DNA of 64,000 bases from Psilocybe cubensis (lineage: Eukaryota): NCBI GenBank assembly GCA_017499595.2, contig CM039001.1:1116001-1180000 (forward strand). Reading direction: 5' to 3'. Both the position numbers and the translations under genes were made by a program. This document shows, one piece after another, positions 51,173 to 63,825 of this stretch (the first letter of the stretch is position 1; each line of letters starts with the position of its first letter). The notes under the pieces are model-generated. The model made no database searches and was not told where the DNA came from. It was given only the letters and a program-made list of their open reading frames with translations.

Positions 51173-51760
51173 CTATGTAAACGGTAGTCCATCGTCAATG
51201 TCGAATCTGCTATACAATATGCACATAATGTACAAGCTTAAGGTCCGACGAGAGGAATTCGAGCAGTATAAATGCCACAATAAATGCACGTATGATAGAT
51301 ACAAGCTTTGCAAACTGGCTAAACAGAAAGATGTGTCGAGGATAACAATGAGGTACACAGTTTGATAGTTATTTACGCAAAGCAGAGAAAATAAAAGATA
51401 GAGCCCAATAAACGCTAGACCGAAGCAACCTAAAAATAAGAGGAGGTGAGCTCTCGAGTATCGGTGAAGGGAGATTAGAAGAGTGAAGAATCAGGGCTCC
51501 CAAGCGTAAATAGGGAACCAGGGTAGGTTGTCGTCAATGTGCAAGCACTTGGCCTGGTGCACAGCGTAATTTCATCTTGTAAAGATAGAAAGAAATGCGT
51601 ACTCACAAACAACACCGCACCCCGTTGGAAGACAGTTGAAGAGAAGATGGCCGCCTGCAAATTTTTGTGCACCTTTTTATGGCAGTTCAAAATTCCCACG
51701 GTGCATTTAATCACGTTTAGCAGACAGACCTGGCAGCTACTATTAGTAGCCACAATGATG
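51173..51760 (-). ncRNA. Putative spliced snoRNA host transcript (boundaries approximate)
   Basis: Canonical introns 51729-51655 (GTCTGT...TGCAG) and 51606-51430 (GTGAGT...GCTCAC...TTTAG) flanking a 48-nt exon, on the strand opposite both neighbouring genes. Confidence 0.5.
51487..51582 (-). ncRNA. Intronic box C/D snoRNA, snR40-like (predicted guide for 18S rRNA Gm1271, yeast numbering)
   Basis: Degenerate C box AAGATGA (51578-51572), guide GCTGTGCACCA (51565-51555) complementary to conserved 18S UGGUGCAUGGC, degenerate D' CCAA, C'-like TGACGA, D box CTGA (51494-51491); sits in a GTGAGT...TAG intron 51606-51430. Confidence 0.7.
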
Positions 51761-51888
51761 ATGCAGGCCTGAATGGGACCGTTTGTTCACTACTTCCTCT
51801 TGCTGGCAATCTAAAGCTTACTATCCGAATCATTATTCTAATTGTCTGCATTGCATTATATCACATTCCTTCGTCCTCTTCATTCAAA

Positions 51889-54800
51889 ATGAATCTATTC
51901 ACTCCTAATCATGTAAAGCTCCTCAATTCATGCTATCCTCCAACCTCGTCTCTCCTCACAGCTGGGCCCGAATATTCACCAAATTCACATGAACTTAGCC
52001 GACTGACCTACTATGCGTCAGCACTTTCCTTCATCTTTTAACTTCAATTACTTAATTCGTCGTCTAGGTCAAACCATCCAGGGAAGCTGGCCAAGATTGC
52101 AGGCGAATTAGAGAAGCGTTTGAAGGCAGAATGCAAGAAAGCGAAATCGGGAAATATTCGATCCAGGGCGTACGTTCAGGCATATCTTCCTTCATATTTA
52201 CCGCTCATTTATGTCTGTCAGCTCCTTATTAATATCACTGTCAATATTTCGGTCTCTTGCCACGGAATGCAGAAGGGATATTGCCCTACTGTCTCCTTCT
52301 CTGATTGGATCCGTCGATTATACTTTAGCGTCGCTTTTAATGGATCTTGAAGTTACTGCAAGGGCTGCGACCGTTGTGAGTCCTGTCTTGTCATCTGTAT
52401 AATTTTGTAGCTCTGACGTCAGAGCAGTTCACTGCATGGACCACCTACACGAATGGTCATCTTATTGGAGCTGATAGCAACATGACAAAGGACTATCTGT
52501 CAATATTGAAGCAATTTGCTACCCTAAGCTGTTCAATATCCTCTGACCAGGAAACACAGAATCGGTATGACAGAATTCATTCTTAACTCATTTAGTTCTC
52601 AATGGCATAGATAAAACAGCACACGACTAATAGGTCTTGCTGCCCTGACGGCTGCGTTGAACTCTGAAGCTTTATATAATGATATCGGAAACTTTGGAAC
52701 CCAAGTCTCCATTATCTTGTGTCCTATCATGGTCATTCTCTTTGAGACTCCTCTGTCTACTCTGGACGACCAGTATGTCTGCGGAATCTTGTTGAAGTTT
52801 TGCATATACTAATTCTGGCAAGATTTTCTGCAGTTAAAGATTCCTCCGCTTCTCCATACCTGGCTGAGTTCAGAACAAGACCTGCTTTAGAGCGTCGGGC
52901 GGCGTCAATCCATATCCACGTCGATGGGGACAAAGGACCGTCATCTTCTGACGTTTCTGATGCATCTTTGCACGCACTATTCTCCCTTCTCAACCATGCT
53001 AATGGCGCTCAACTGGGCTATATCATGCAGTCCTCGTTTGACAATTTGGATTCATTGCAGAAGTGGTCCGAATACGATCACTGCTGTTGGTATGCTCAGA
53101 GAGTCGCGGAATGGGCCCAGTACCAATATCGCTATGTCGTCCCCACTTGGCTCGTGGATCGCTTGTTATCCCAACCAGAAAGCCCTGGAAGCACTGTTCT
53201 TTATCAAACCTTGGTGGCTATGGTTACTTCTGTATTCAGCGCTCCGACACCACTCATTAATTTGTCTTCTTCGGACATCATGTCCAATCTGCTGACACTT
53301 ATGCTTCGATGTATTTCTATTAACCCTGAGGACGTCACTCTTCCTGCTTTGGTGGAATGTATATCTTCATTAGGATGTCATGTATATTATTCTGATCAAA
53401 TACAAGACCTGGCGGTAAGGCTGTTTTATAAAATGTGGAATGACCGTAATGCATTTACCGATTGTTTGCAGGGCGAATTGGTCGGTCGGCTTGTTTCCAT
53501 TGAAGTTCAGGGAGTCCTTGGAAGGGACAAGGCCACATCGCTCCAAACCAGGTCATCAGCCATCCGTTGCCTCTTAGAAGGTTTGCTTGGTCTTGTCCGT
53601 GCCGCCAATGCAAACGAGAGAGTCGAATCGGCGGATGAAACCTCTAAAAGATGTTCTCCAGAGCCAAAATCCAGAACATCTCTAGACACCTCTCGCTTAG
53701 AAAGAACAGATGAAAGGGCATCCCGACGCACCAGAGTGCCTCCTGACATCTGGCAAGATACTTTGAGTCTTTTGTGCGATAGCGACCCACTGGTACGAGA
53801 GGAATGTTCTAACGCATTGGTTTATTATATAACCCAAGAAATGCCCAAGCACGGGGAAAGTAGTGAACCCGCAGCAGTGAAGCCTATGCGACGTATTGCC
53901 GACACATTCCGTCATCATGTTGGCGTCCATCCAAGTATTGGGGATTCCGGCAGCAAATTCCTCAATTCTGTGCATGCTTATCTTTACATTCTCGCCACTT
54001 CCCCGACGTTGGGAATATCGCCCTCGGTTGTAGGCAATGCTCGCCTTTCTTCATACGACGATTCTTCTTCCAATGCCCCACCGCCTATCATATCTGATTT
54101 GCACCATGATTTGGGAGAAAACCGTTCTGCACCATCTCCAAGCAGTAATCGCCGTTCTATCGGCGGCCATAATGTCTCAAGAGCTCGAAAGGAATCTTTG
54201 GTTCTCGGCCTTCTAGAGAGAACACCATCTCAGTATACCACTTCTGCCAAGGCCTCAGAGGAAGACTATGCCCACCTTCTAAAGATACTCACAACAATCC
54301 AGTCGCGCATGCCATTGCATGGGTTGCTCACAGGAATACCAATGATCTTGGCGTTGAATGCTGCCTTAAATACCCAAGATATTGATATCAACCTCCTCCA
54401 TCGAATTGTCACAATCAAAACAGTCATTGCTCATGTATGGCTCGTAATAGGACAAGTGTGGAAATTACAAGATCTTGTAAATCTGGCTGAAAAGGTCCGT
54501 TTTACATTATAATTTCAAGTGTAGATGTTGTTGTTGACGTTGGTATATAGGCAATCAAAAATTTGTCTTCTTTTCCAAATAAAGGTACCACTGAAGGTTT
54601 TCCTTTGGACTCGCATACATTGGGAATAGACGTGGATGAGGCATTGAGCCTAGTTACATCCTCACAAGCTGTTCAAGAGGCCTTTGGAATGGATCAAGAA
54701 GGATTGACGAGGAGGGTCATGGTCAAGTGGACCCCAGAACTTGCTCTTCGAGATTGTAAGCTCGATCCTTATCATAACCAGCAACTTCTAATGTTTTACA

Positions 54801-55220
54801 GTTGAGAATTCTTCTGCATATGAGACTACTCTAAGAGGAGACGGCATATCCCCTCTATTAAAAATTTCGCCAGCTCTGATGCACATTGAAAATATTTCTT
54901 TGCAGAGTTTGACTAGATCCACTCGTGGTCTCGGAGTCACTGACCTTAGAGAGGCATTGGAGGGCCGAAGTAGCATGTCGAATCCAGCCCTTGCACGACC
55001 TCCATCTGTTTCCACTCTCGACCATGCATCGTCGTCGTTTATGGGAGGCGATGCACATCTACGGCTCACCCAAACTCGATCCAGGTCACGAGCTGCAAAG
55101 AAGCGCCCGGGCCCTAGTGGTAATGGTGAAGTTCGAGACGTGTTAGCTCGCCTCGGAATCAGTAAGCAAAACAGTAACCTCCTCAAATCAACCTTCCCAG
55201 CTCTTCAAAAATCCAATTAA
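51889..55220 (+). CDS. EFR3: Efr3, plasma-membrane scaffold of the PI4-kinase complex
   Basis: NHVKLLNSCYPP, PNSHELSRLTYYASNHPGKLAKI, WAQYQYRYVV, HVYYSDQIQDL, VTDLREAL. Confidence 0.92.
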
Positions 55221-55508
55221 ACGTATACAAGACTGCACGCAATTTAGACTGTCTTCGTATTCACGGACTTTGTTTAGTATTCTGGACATAGATCACTTTC
55301 TTTCAATGCACTTTGCTATCACTTTCACCTTTTTTATTCGTATAATTTGATACGATCGGCATACCATCTATACCACAGACTATAATATACATGCTGTCAT
55401 TTTCTTTCTACCTCTTATTCCGCGCCATGTTACTCAATCAAAAACCTCCTAATCCGCGGTATCCGTGAGCTATCTACTTCAAGTACCAAGATCTACAGGA
55501 ATACAATT

Positions 55509-57598
55509 TCATACTCGTACAATATCGCGTGGTTTGGGCTGGGGCCCGCGGCCCATAACGGAAGCGGTGTTCGACCATATGGAACAGATTCGATACCATA
55601 TCTTAACTGACCGCCTCTGGAACTTCCAAATTATGGAAAATGTATACAGCGCCAGCAAAACCGCCATGAATAAGATTATGAAAATTGCAAGCACTGTCCA
55701 TGTGGATATTTTACCCCAGGTTCCTTCCGAGGCGTTGACTCCGTGCATGACATATACCACGACGGACACCGTGAAGGTTAAGATGGCCCACACTAGGAGT
55801 GTAGGTGGAAGGCTTAACATGATGGCGTGGCCGTATAGGCCAAGATATCGATGTTGAACATTATGCATATACGTGAACTGAAACAGTAGATGGTTAGACA
55901 CCCTCGATAGTTGTGTAGAGGTAAACCATACAGAGTCTGCTGTTGATGTATTTGCCTGATGTCTCCATATTGAAAAGACACCAACAATGATACTTCCGAG
56001 GGAGGCGAACGTAGAGATTGTCGCTGACACCTGAGCGCCTTCTGGTATCCCTTCTACTGCCAAAAACCCAACAGTGGCTCTAAAAGTGCAATTTCAGGTG
56101 TATGAAAATAAACACCAAGATGGGTACATACGAAAGAAGCACGGTTGACTGTATCACCCAAGCCAAAATTATCAGTTATCGAGAAAGAGGTTGTATATTG
56201 GGGTGCTTACAATGAGTAGGAAATGAGAGTATTCTCGGACCAACCGCTCAATGTAATTTTCCCAATTTTTTTGTACGCTGCTCAGTCGCCCCCGATACTC
56301 ACTTGTCATCTGTAGATCAAATAAATCCAATGATAAAGTTACAGTTAAATAGTCAAAGTTTATACCTTGACATGCGCCCTGTAGGTATGTGGAATGCCAA
56401 AACATAGTACGTTGATGACGAACATCAATATTCCCAAGAGTACAGGTGGAGGTTGATATGCAGCATGGCTGGGGGCCAATTTTTCCCTTCTGAAAGCTTG
56501 AGACTCCTTCTGGGTCAATTGTCCCCAGTTCTCAGCGTCGCGATAACTGCACACTTCTCGTAAAAGCCAAGCTAAAAACACAGTCTTTGCTATTGACTTT
56601 TCGTTTTCTGGACCTGGATTACAGAAGTTTTGCAGTAAGTTATTGTATTTGAACCATACCCAGAGAAACGTACGGGATATCTCTTTAACAACACGAGAGA
56701 GTTCTTCACACTCCAGCTTGGAGAATGGGACGGTACTTCTTTGGCCAGAGATAAGGTTATCTGTCTGTAACATGAGATTTTATATGAGCAATATTCTGTC
56801 TTGAAAATTTGACAGGCATCGTACATAGAACCAGGTCAAGGAGTCGAACGCGTCTTCTATCGCTCTGGGTGGTGTTGTGACATGAGAAGGATGGTTCCAA
56901 AGATAATTCCAGTAAAGGCGGCGACATCTGTTTACTGTATCCGCACAGAGTATGGTTTAGTTAACGTGTTCATGGTCAAAAGAAATTATTTCGAACATCT
57001 TTGAGGTCCCAACAGGCAGGAATTATCACCCATGACATCTGCAATTTCATAGGAAGCAACACAGTGCTTGTGGTTGATTGTAAGATTGAAAGTAGCGATT
57101 CCTCCGTTGTTTCCTTTGAATTTGTCTGCGATCTTTTGGGCTTGCACATGAAGGTGGACCTCCATCCCTTCCGTCAGTTCTGACAATGGGTAGCCCAGGT
57201 AGCTTTGTCTTGTTATCTCAAGGATACCAGGAAGACGTATATTGTGATCGGCGACAACTTTCAGTGTATGGTTGTAGAAATAGACCCAGCCCTTGGTGTT
57301 ACGATCAAGCAGGGTCAGTAGAGACCAAGGCGCTTAGTATACGCATACCTGAGGGTGGACACACATTGTCCAACCTTCAGGAATAGCCAACGTTTCTTCC
57401 TGAATGGTCGAGAAGCAGCGATCATCTCTGACGAACTTGACTTCAATATAAGAATTTCCAGATTATCATATTGTTCACTTACACACCACCAAGAGAAAAG
57501 AGGGTACTAGAGCGAGACACATCGTCCATTTTGGCACCCAATGTGGGCTCTCCGCTGTAAGTGTATGGTGGAGAGAAGCCCGGAGCAGGATCTGACAT
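55509..57598 (-). CDS. Hypothetical membrane protein with N-terminal WW-like domain and C-terminal transmembrane helices
   Basis: Spliced IPEGWTMCVHPQ|GWVYFYN; YWNYLWNHPSH; W..YIERLVREYSHFLLI|STVLL; AIMLSLPPTLLVWAILTF. Confidence 0.72.
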
Positions 57599-57963
57599 TC
57601 TGACTACGAACAAGTGATGGTTTCTCAAAGAATGTCAATGAGAGGCAAATCAAGTTGTATCTAATTTTGGAGCACATTGACACAAGGAAAGCGCGATGGC
57701 GATGCTGCTACACCCGTGTATATAGGAAAATCGCGTTCTCTGACCTTGGCAAACGAGCACTCACTGTCGTATTCAGTGAGACCGTCAAATTAGCCTCGCA
57801 GATAAAACAGAGAAAAGCATGTATTTAGCAGAGTACTTGTGTAGTGCAGTTTGGGTGCGGTCAGTCCAAGTTAGGTCACTGGTCCTGAGCCTTGAAATGG
57901 TGACACAGCCACATAAGTGACTGAACAAGAAGCGCGTCTCAATCTTGTTGATCATCCCTCACC

Positions 57964-60091
57964 ATGAGTTTCTTCGGCAACAACACAGGTGGTGGTATCT
58001 TTGGCAATGCCGCCAACAACTCCAACACTTCCAACGCTACAACGACGCCCAATATTTTTGGAGGTGAGCGCATTACGTTTGCAACTATACTAGCACCGAC
58101 TTACCGTTTGAATAACGCCTGCAGGTGGCACTGGCGGTGGCATATTTGGTGGTGGCGCGTCATCAAATACAACTGGTGGAAACATATTTGGAGGTGCGAG
58201 CAACACGCAGCCAAGTACACCAGCGCCTAGCGGTGGTTTATTTGGAGGAGGTGCGAATACGACTACAACACCTGCGCCCGCAACTGGTGGACTGTTCGGC
58301 AACACTCAAAACAATACCACATCCACTCCAGCACAACCAGCTAGCCTATTCAGCGTGAATAACCCCAATCCCCCTGCTGCTGGTACCGGTTTGTTTGGCT
58401 CAACAAACACTACGACGCCTGCCCCTGCGGCATCCACAGGAGGGTTATTTGGAAGTACCACAACCAATACAACACCTTCAACTGGCGGTATTTTCGGGGC
58501 AGCAAACAATACATCAAATCCTACCACAACTACATCAGCTAATGCCTCATCTGCCGCTCCCGCATCACTTTTTAGCGTGAAACCTGGGCAGAGCCGTTGA
58601 GTGCCATTTTCAATTTCACTTTCACTTTTCTATTATTTATCTATAACATCTTCAGTGTTCGGTCAACCCAGTACCACTACCCCAACTAACACGGCTGGAA
58701 CACCAGCTACATCTTCCGCTGCACCTGCCGCTGGTGGAATTTTTGGTCTGCCCCCCAAACCTGCGACCACTGGTGCTACCCCCACCGCAAATCTTTTTGG
58801 CCAGAAGCCTACTACGACTCCGGAAGCATCCAATGCCAACAAGGATACACCTGCGCCTGCTAGTAAGCAACCCAGTTTCTACACCCTCTCCAAGTATTTT
58901 CTGACTGTAGTTAAAGCATCTAATATATTTGGTGCATTCGGCGCAAATAAAACTACATCTGCCCCTACCCGTGAGAAGCGCATACAAGCATTTTTCTTTT
59001 TGTCGTTACTGAATCTTGAAATTCAGCAGGGGGTGGTTTATTTGGTGGATCTAGTAGCAAAGAGGGCGAAAAAAAGGACTCTGCTGCTCCAGGTAGGTTT
59101 TGTCTGAAAAAATCGTCCCTCGTAAAGCTTACACTTCTATCAGCCGCACCATCGCCTTTCGGTCTTTTTGGAGGTTCCAAACCAGCTGAAAAGAAGGAGG
59201 AGACACCAACTTCGACGACTGAAAAGAAAGACGCTCCTGGTAGGCGTTACTTAGCCTTGCAAGATATTTATGGACAAAAACTGAAATGAATGCTGTAAGC
59301 CACAAATACCACGGCAGCTACCGCGTCCATTGCTATTGCACCTCCATCAATGCTGAGAGGCAAATCCCTTGAAGAAATTGTCAATAGGTGGACTTCAGAC
59401 CTGGAAACCCACAAGGCTGCCTTCAACAAATACGCTGCAGAAGTAGCCGTTTGGGATCGTGCTTTGATTGAAAACGGCAACAATGTAAGAATGGGTATAT
59501 ATTCTTCTGTGACTCTGTTACTCAGATATTGTATGTTAGATTGCTGCCCTCTACAGCCACATTCTAGCCGCTGAAAGGCAACAAAATGACATTAACGAAT
59601 CGCTCGATCATATCGAGCAGCAGCAGAAGGATCTTGCTTCTACCTTGGACGCGTACGAGAAAATCTCGCAAGACATACTTGGTGGTCAACTCAGAACGCT
59701 CGACACCGGCCCTGCCGACAACGAGCGTGATCAAAAGTAAGCTTGTTTTCCTTCCTTTATGTTCTGATCGCCTTTATAATGCATAAAAACCAGTTACATG
59801 CTCGCAACGGACCTTCATACCCATCTTGACGACCTATCAGGCTCCCTTACACAAATGATCGAGTCAGTAAATGCTCTTTCAATAGCCTCGAAACCAACCG
59901 ATTCGGCGGACGACCCCATGTCGCAAATCTCGCAGATTCTGAGTAGCCATCTGGAGAGTCTGCAGTGGATAGATGGTGCTGTTCGCGAGGTCGAGAACAA
60001 AACTAACGAGGTGGAACAACGTATCAAGGAATCGGGGCATAATTTGTCAGGTCCTGGAAATAAATCAAGAGGATTTGGCCTTAATCGTTAG
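57964..60091 (+). CDS. NSP1: FG-nucleoporin Nsp1/Nup62
   Basis: GGLFG/GGIFG/NIFG repeats; LRGKSLEEIVNRW...VAVWDRALIENG coiled coil; QILSSHLESLQWID. Confidence 0.93.
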
Positions 60092-60289
60092 TTTAGTACT
60101 CCCATCTTGTATCTTGCAAACCTGTATAGCCTTATCGCTTCCATTATCATCTTTTGTTGTCTTGTTTCGAAAATATGTATTCTTACAAAATTACGACAAT
60201 GCACGTAAAACGATGCGAGTAAGTATTGCTAATTGAGTACAGTGGTATGCAGTAAATAAAAATGAACAAGACAAGAAATTGGAAGGCGT

Positions 60290-63200
60290 CTACAACACAC
60301 TGTATCTGCCCATCGTAGCTGTTGGATTACGCATCTCTGCTTGCAAGGCAGCTGCTGAAGCTTCGATGAGCAACCTTTTGATTTCCCTGACGGCTTGCTC
60401 GACCTTAAATTGTCGGTATCAGCAACATTGTTCGTTGGTTGACAACTGGTCAGACTTACCCTGAATTCCTCATTAGATTCAATGAGAAGATGAAGTTTGG
60501 GGGGTCCTTCAGGAGGGGGTTCCTTTCCATGTTCATAGTAGATACCCTTATTGGTAACCGAAGCACCAGTCATATCGATGAGCTGCAGGTAAATTTTCAG
60601 TAAATGCGTACTTCAAGCAGATTTTGAAGAGAACACGAACCTGTACCATGGTCTCCTTGTTAGTAACACGCCAACGAGCTTTTTGAGGATAATCGTTGAT
60701 GGGTATGATGGCATGGAAATCGGTTGAATCGGGGTTCGCCTTTCGAGAAGCGCCAGATTCTTCTGCCTGCAGCTGGGACTGTAACACCAACTTGGACGCG
60801 CGCATTTGGGCATTGAGTTTTGCGACAACACTGAGAGCTTGTTTGTGCGCGGCAGTGTCCTTGCCGGCCCTTGCGGCGGCTTCTTCTGCTGCACGCATCT
60901 GGCTTTGGATTTTCTCTTCCTCTTTGGCATGGGCGAGCCTGCGTGCAGCCGCAACAGCACCGCCAACTCCGAGGAGACCCTTTGATGAATCGGGAGCAGG
61001 GCCACGTTTGATCTCGACTTTGAAGTTTCCAAAGGTCATGTCATCAGTGCTCGCGGCGACAGCCTTCACCGCCACTTCTTCTGCAGAAGATATCTTCTCT
61101 TCTTCGGCGCCAGTAGGTTCACCGTAGGCCTTGCGCTCGGCCTTTTCTCTGGCGTCGCGCTCCTTGTCCAACCTATCGAGACCCTTGCCACCAAACCCAG
61201 AACCGGCAGCTTGAGCCTTTCCGGATTTAACTTTGTCCAAGAATCCTGAGGTTCAAGATAAACACAAGTAATCGAACAATAGAATATAGCAGAAACTCAC
61301 CATTGGATAGATCTTCAAGGTCTTTCGGTACCGTAACGTTACTAGCTTTGAGAGCACGATAAATATCAACCGAATATCGTTCTTGCTCGGGGGTAACAAA
61401 AGTAACGCAAGTTCCTTTGTTGCCCGCACGGCCTGTTCGTCCTGCGCGATGGACATAATCTTCCATGTGATTGGGACAATCATAGTTGATGACTAGTTTG
61501 AGTTGCTTAACATCCAAACCACGGGCAGCAACGGAAGTAGCAATGACAATGGGGACAACTCCAGATTTGAAATCTGCGATGGTTGAATCGCGGTCGACCT
61601 GGTCTTTGCCGCCGTGCAAGGACATGCACAGGTAACCCTTGCGCATAAGCTCACGAAGCAGATTATCAGCAGCCTCTTGGCGATCGACAAACACTAACGT
61701 TCTGCATTCCGGGTCCTCGTTATACATCTGGCCCAATATCTCGAGTAACCTATTGAACTTTGTCTCCTCCGAGCGCACCTCGACGATTTGTTCGATTTCG
61801 GCTGCGACAACAGAACGTCCACCCACAGTAATCTCGAGTGGTTTTCGGAGAATTTTTCGGGCAAGCGAGTCCATTTGCTTTGGGAATGTGGCCGAAAAGA
61901 GTACCGTTTGTCTGTCAGGCCGTATGTTATTGACGATTTTCATCACCTGGGGTTCGAACCCCATGTCAAACATACGATCAGCCTCATCCAATACGACATA
62001 AGTAACCCTCTTCAGGTTGGTAACGCGTCCTGAATTTGCAGTCAAAAGGTCAATCATGCGACCAGGGGTACAGACGATAATTTCCGCCCCCTTTTTAAGT
62101 TCCGCGATCTGATCTTTGATAGGAGAACCTCCATAAGCGCAAACAGCCTGACATCATTGTTGTAAGTAAAGAGAAGGGTGGACTTTGATTAGGAATTACT
62201 CACCCGTAGATTAAGAACCTTCAAGAAGGGCTTGCACTCTCGATGAATCTGGACAGCTAATTCACGAGTCGGAGTCATGATAACTGCAAGAGGACCTTCC
62301 ATTTGTTCTAAAGGTCGTTGATCTTTAATGTGACGGAATAAAGGCAGCAAAAATGCTATAGTTTTTCCTGAACCCGTTTTAGCCACGCCAATAACATCAC
62401 GCCCTGACATGATTGCCGGTATGGCCTGCGCCTGGATCGAAGTAGGGGCTGTGTAGTTGAGCCTTTTAATTACCTCAAGACTAATTTGAAATACTCAGAA
62501 GATGAAAGGGAACATAACGCGGATACATACCAATTAGCAGGTAGACCAAAATGACTCCATTTCGTGACCGGTTTCGGACAATCGAGACCACGGATTTTGA
62601 TACCATCAAGTTCAAGTCGGAGAAGTTCAGCATCGTCCTCCGACATAGCTGCGATATCTGGCGGAGGCACGTAGAACTCTTTACGAAATGGCTCGTAATG
62701 GACTCGAGAGTGATCAACGGTAGCCAGTTCTTTCTTTTTGGCCTTTTTGGCTGCAAGAGCGAGAATATCTTCGGGGTTGAGCTCAGTGGCGTCGAGTTCA
62801 TCAGGCACAGCAGTTTCAGTTTCATCCTCAGCGCCATCTTCAGCCATCCTTTCATCGAGCCTTATTCTTGAGCGACCACCCGTTGACTGGGCAAACTTCT
62901 GCATATCTTGCATATTGACTTTCTTGACCTCCTGTTTAACCTCATTCATAAACGCGTCCAACGGGTCCTCTTCTTCTTCCTCAACTTCCATTGCGTCCTT
63001 GGCTTTGGCTTTCAGGGCTTGGTCCATGCGATTCGCCTCTTCATCGTCGTCGTCAACTTCTAAATCGCCGACCCCCGCTTCATCTTCCACCATGGTCATG
63101 TCAATCGCTGGCATGTCGCCCAATGTTTCGAGTTTTCGTTTTGATTCTACAGAGTCATCTAGAGCAGTGACGAGGGCCTTGGAAGGGTTTGCAAAGTCTG

Positions 63201-63825
63201 GCTTAAGAGGGAGTCCTTTAAGGCCCAAACCATTAAGAGCAGAACGATTTAATTGACCGGGAGCCTTTGTAGTGGCCGCGGGAGGTACCGCTGGTGCTGA
63301 GAATGGATCAAGTGGTGTGAAATCATGCGTACATGTGATATGTATTCAAAACTCACCAGGCATGGATTTGCCCGCCAGAGCCATGGCTTTGGCTTTGGCT
63401 TCATCGAGAGCTTTCTTTGCCTCACGCTCTTTTTTCCAAGCCTCAAGCTTGGCTCTTTTTGCCCTGATCTTTTCGTCCTCTGGAGGGGGCGTTGCAACTG
63501 GCTCTGCTGGTGCTGCCGGACGGGGTGGAGAAGGTCTTCGTTCGCGAGAGCGAGAGCGTCTTCTATCGTCTCTATACGAGTCTCTTCGTCTGTCGTCGCG
63601 ATATCTGTCATCCCGGTATCTGTCCCTGTCTTTGTCTCTATGACGGTCGCGGTCGCGGTCCCTGTCTCTGTCTCTGTCCCGGTCGTCGTCGTATCTTGAC
63701 CGTCCATTGGAGGACCGCTGGGTGCTGCTGCGCCTAGTTGGCGACGGAGAGCGAGGTGAGCGATGGGATTGTCTTACCCTTTTGTTTGGCGTCTCTGGAG
63801 AGATGGATCTATCTCTGCGAGCCAT
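60290..63825 (-). CDS. PRP5: DEAD-box pre-mRNA splicing helicase Prp5/DDX46
   Basis: RS/RD-rich N-terminus, [62 protein letters not shown]. Confidence 0.96.

Noticed and set aside
51655-51729. Possible second snoRNA (GTGATTA plus ATGCACC, snR55-like) in the upstream host intron
   Set aside because: Intron is only 75 nt, has no D box, and has only 7 nt of rRNA complementarity
63540-63690. Hexamer-like tandem repeats
   Set aside because: They encode the ordinary RD/RS domain of Prp5; not a mobile element or CRISPR array
60696-63737. Long plus-strand ORFs antisense to PRP5, and similar shadow ORFs over DNA2, FRS1 and NSP1
   Set aside because: Explained by codon bias and low-complexity repeats of the real gene on the opposite strand; no recognisable motifs
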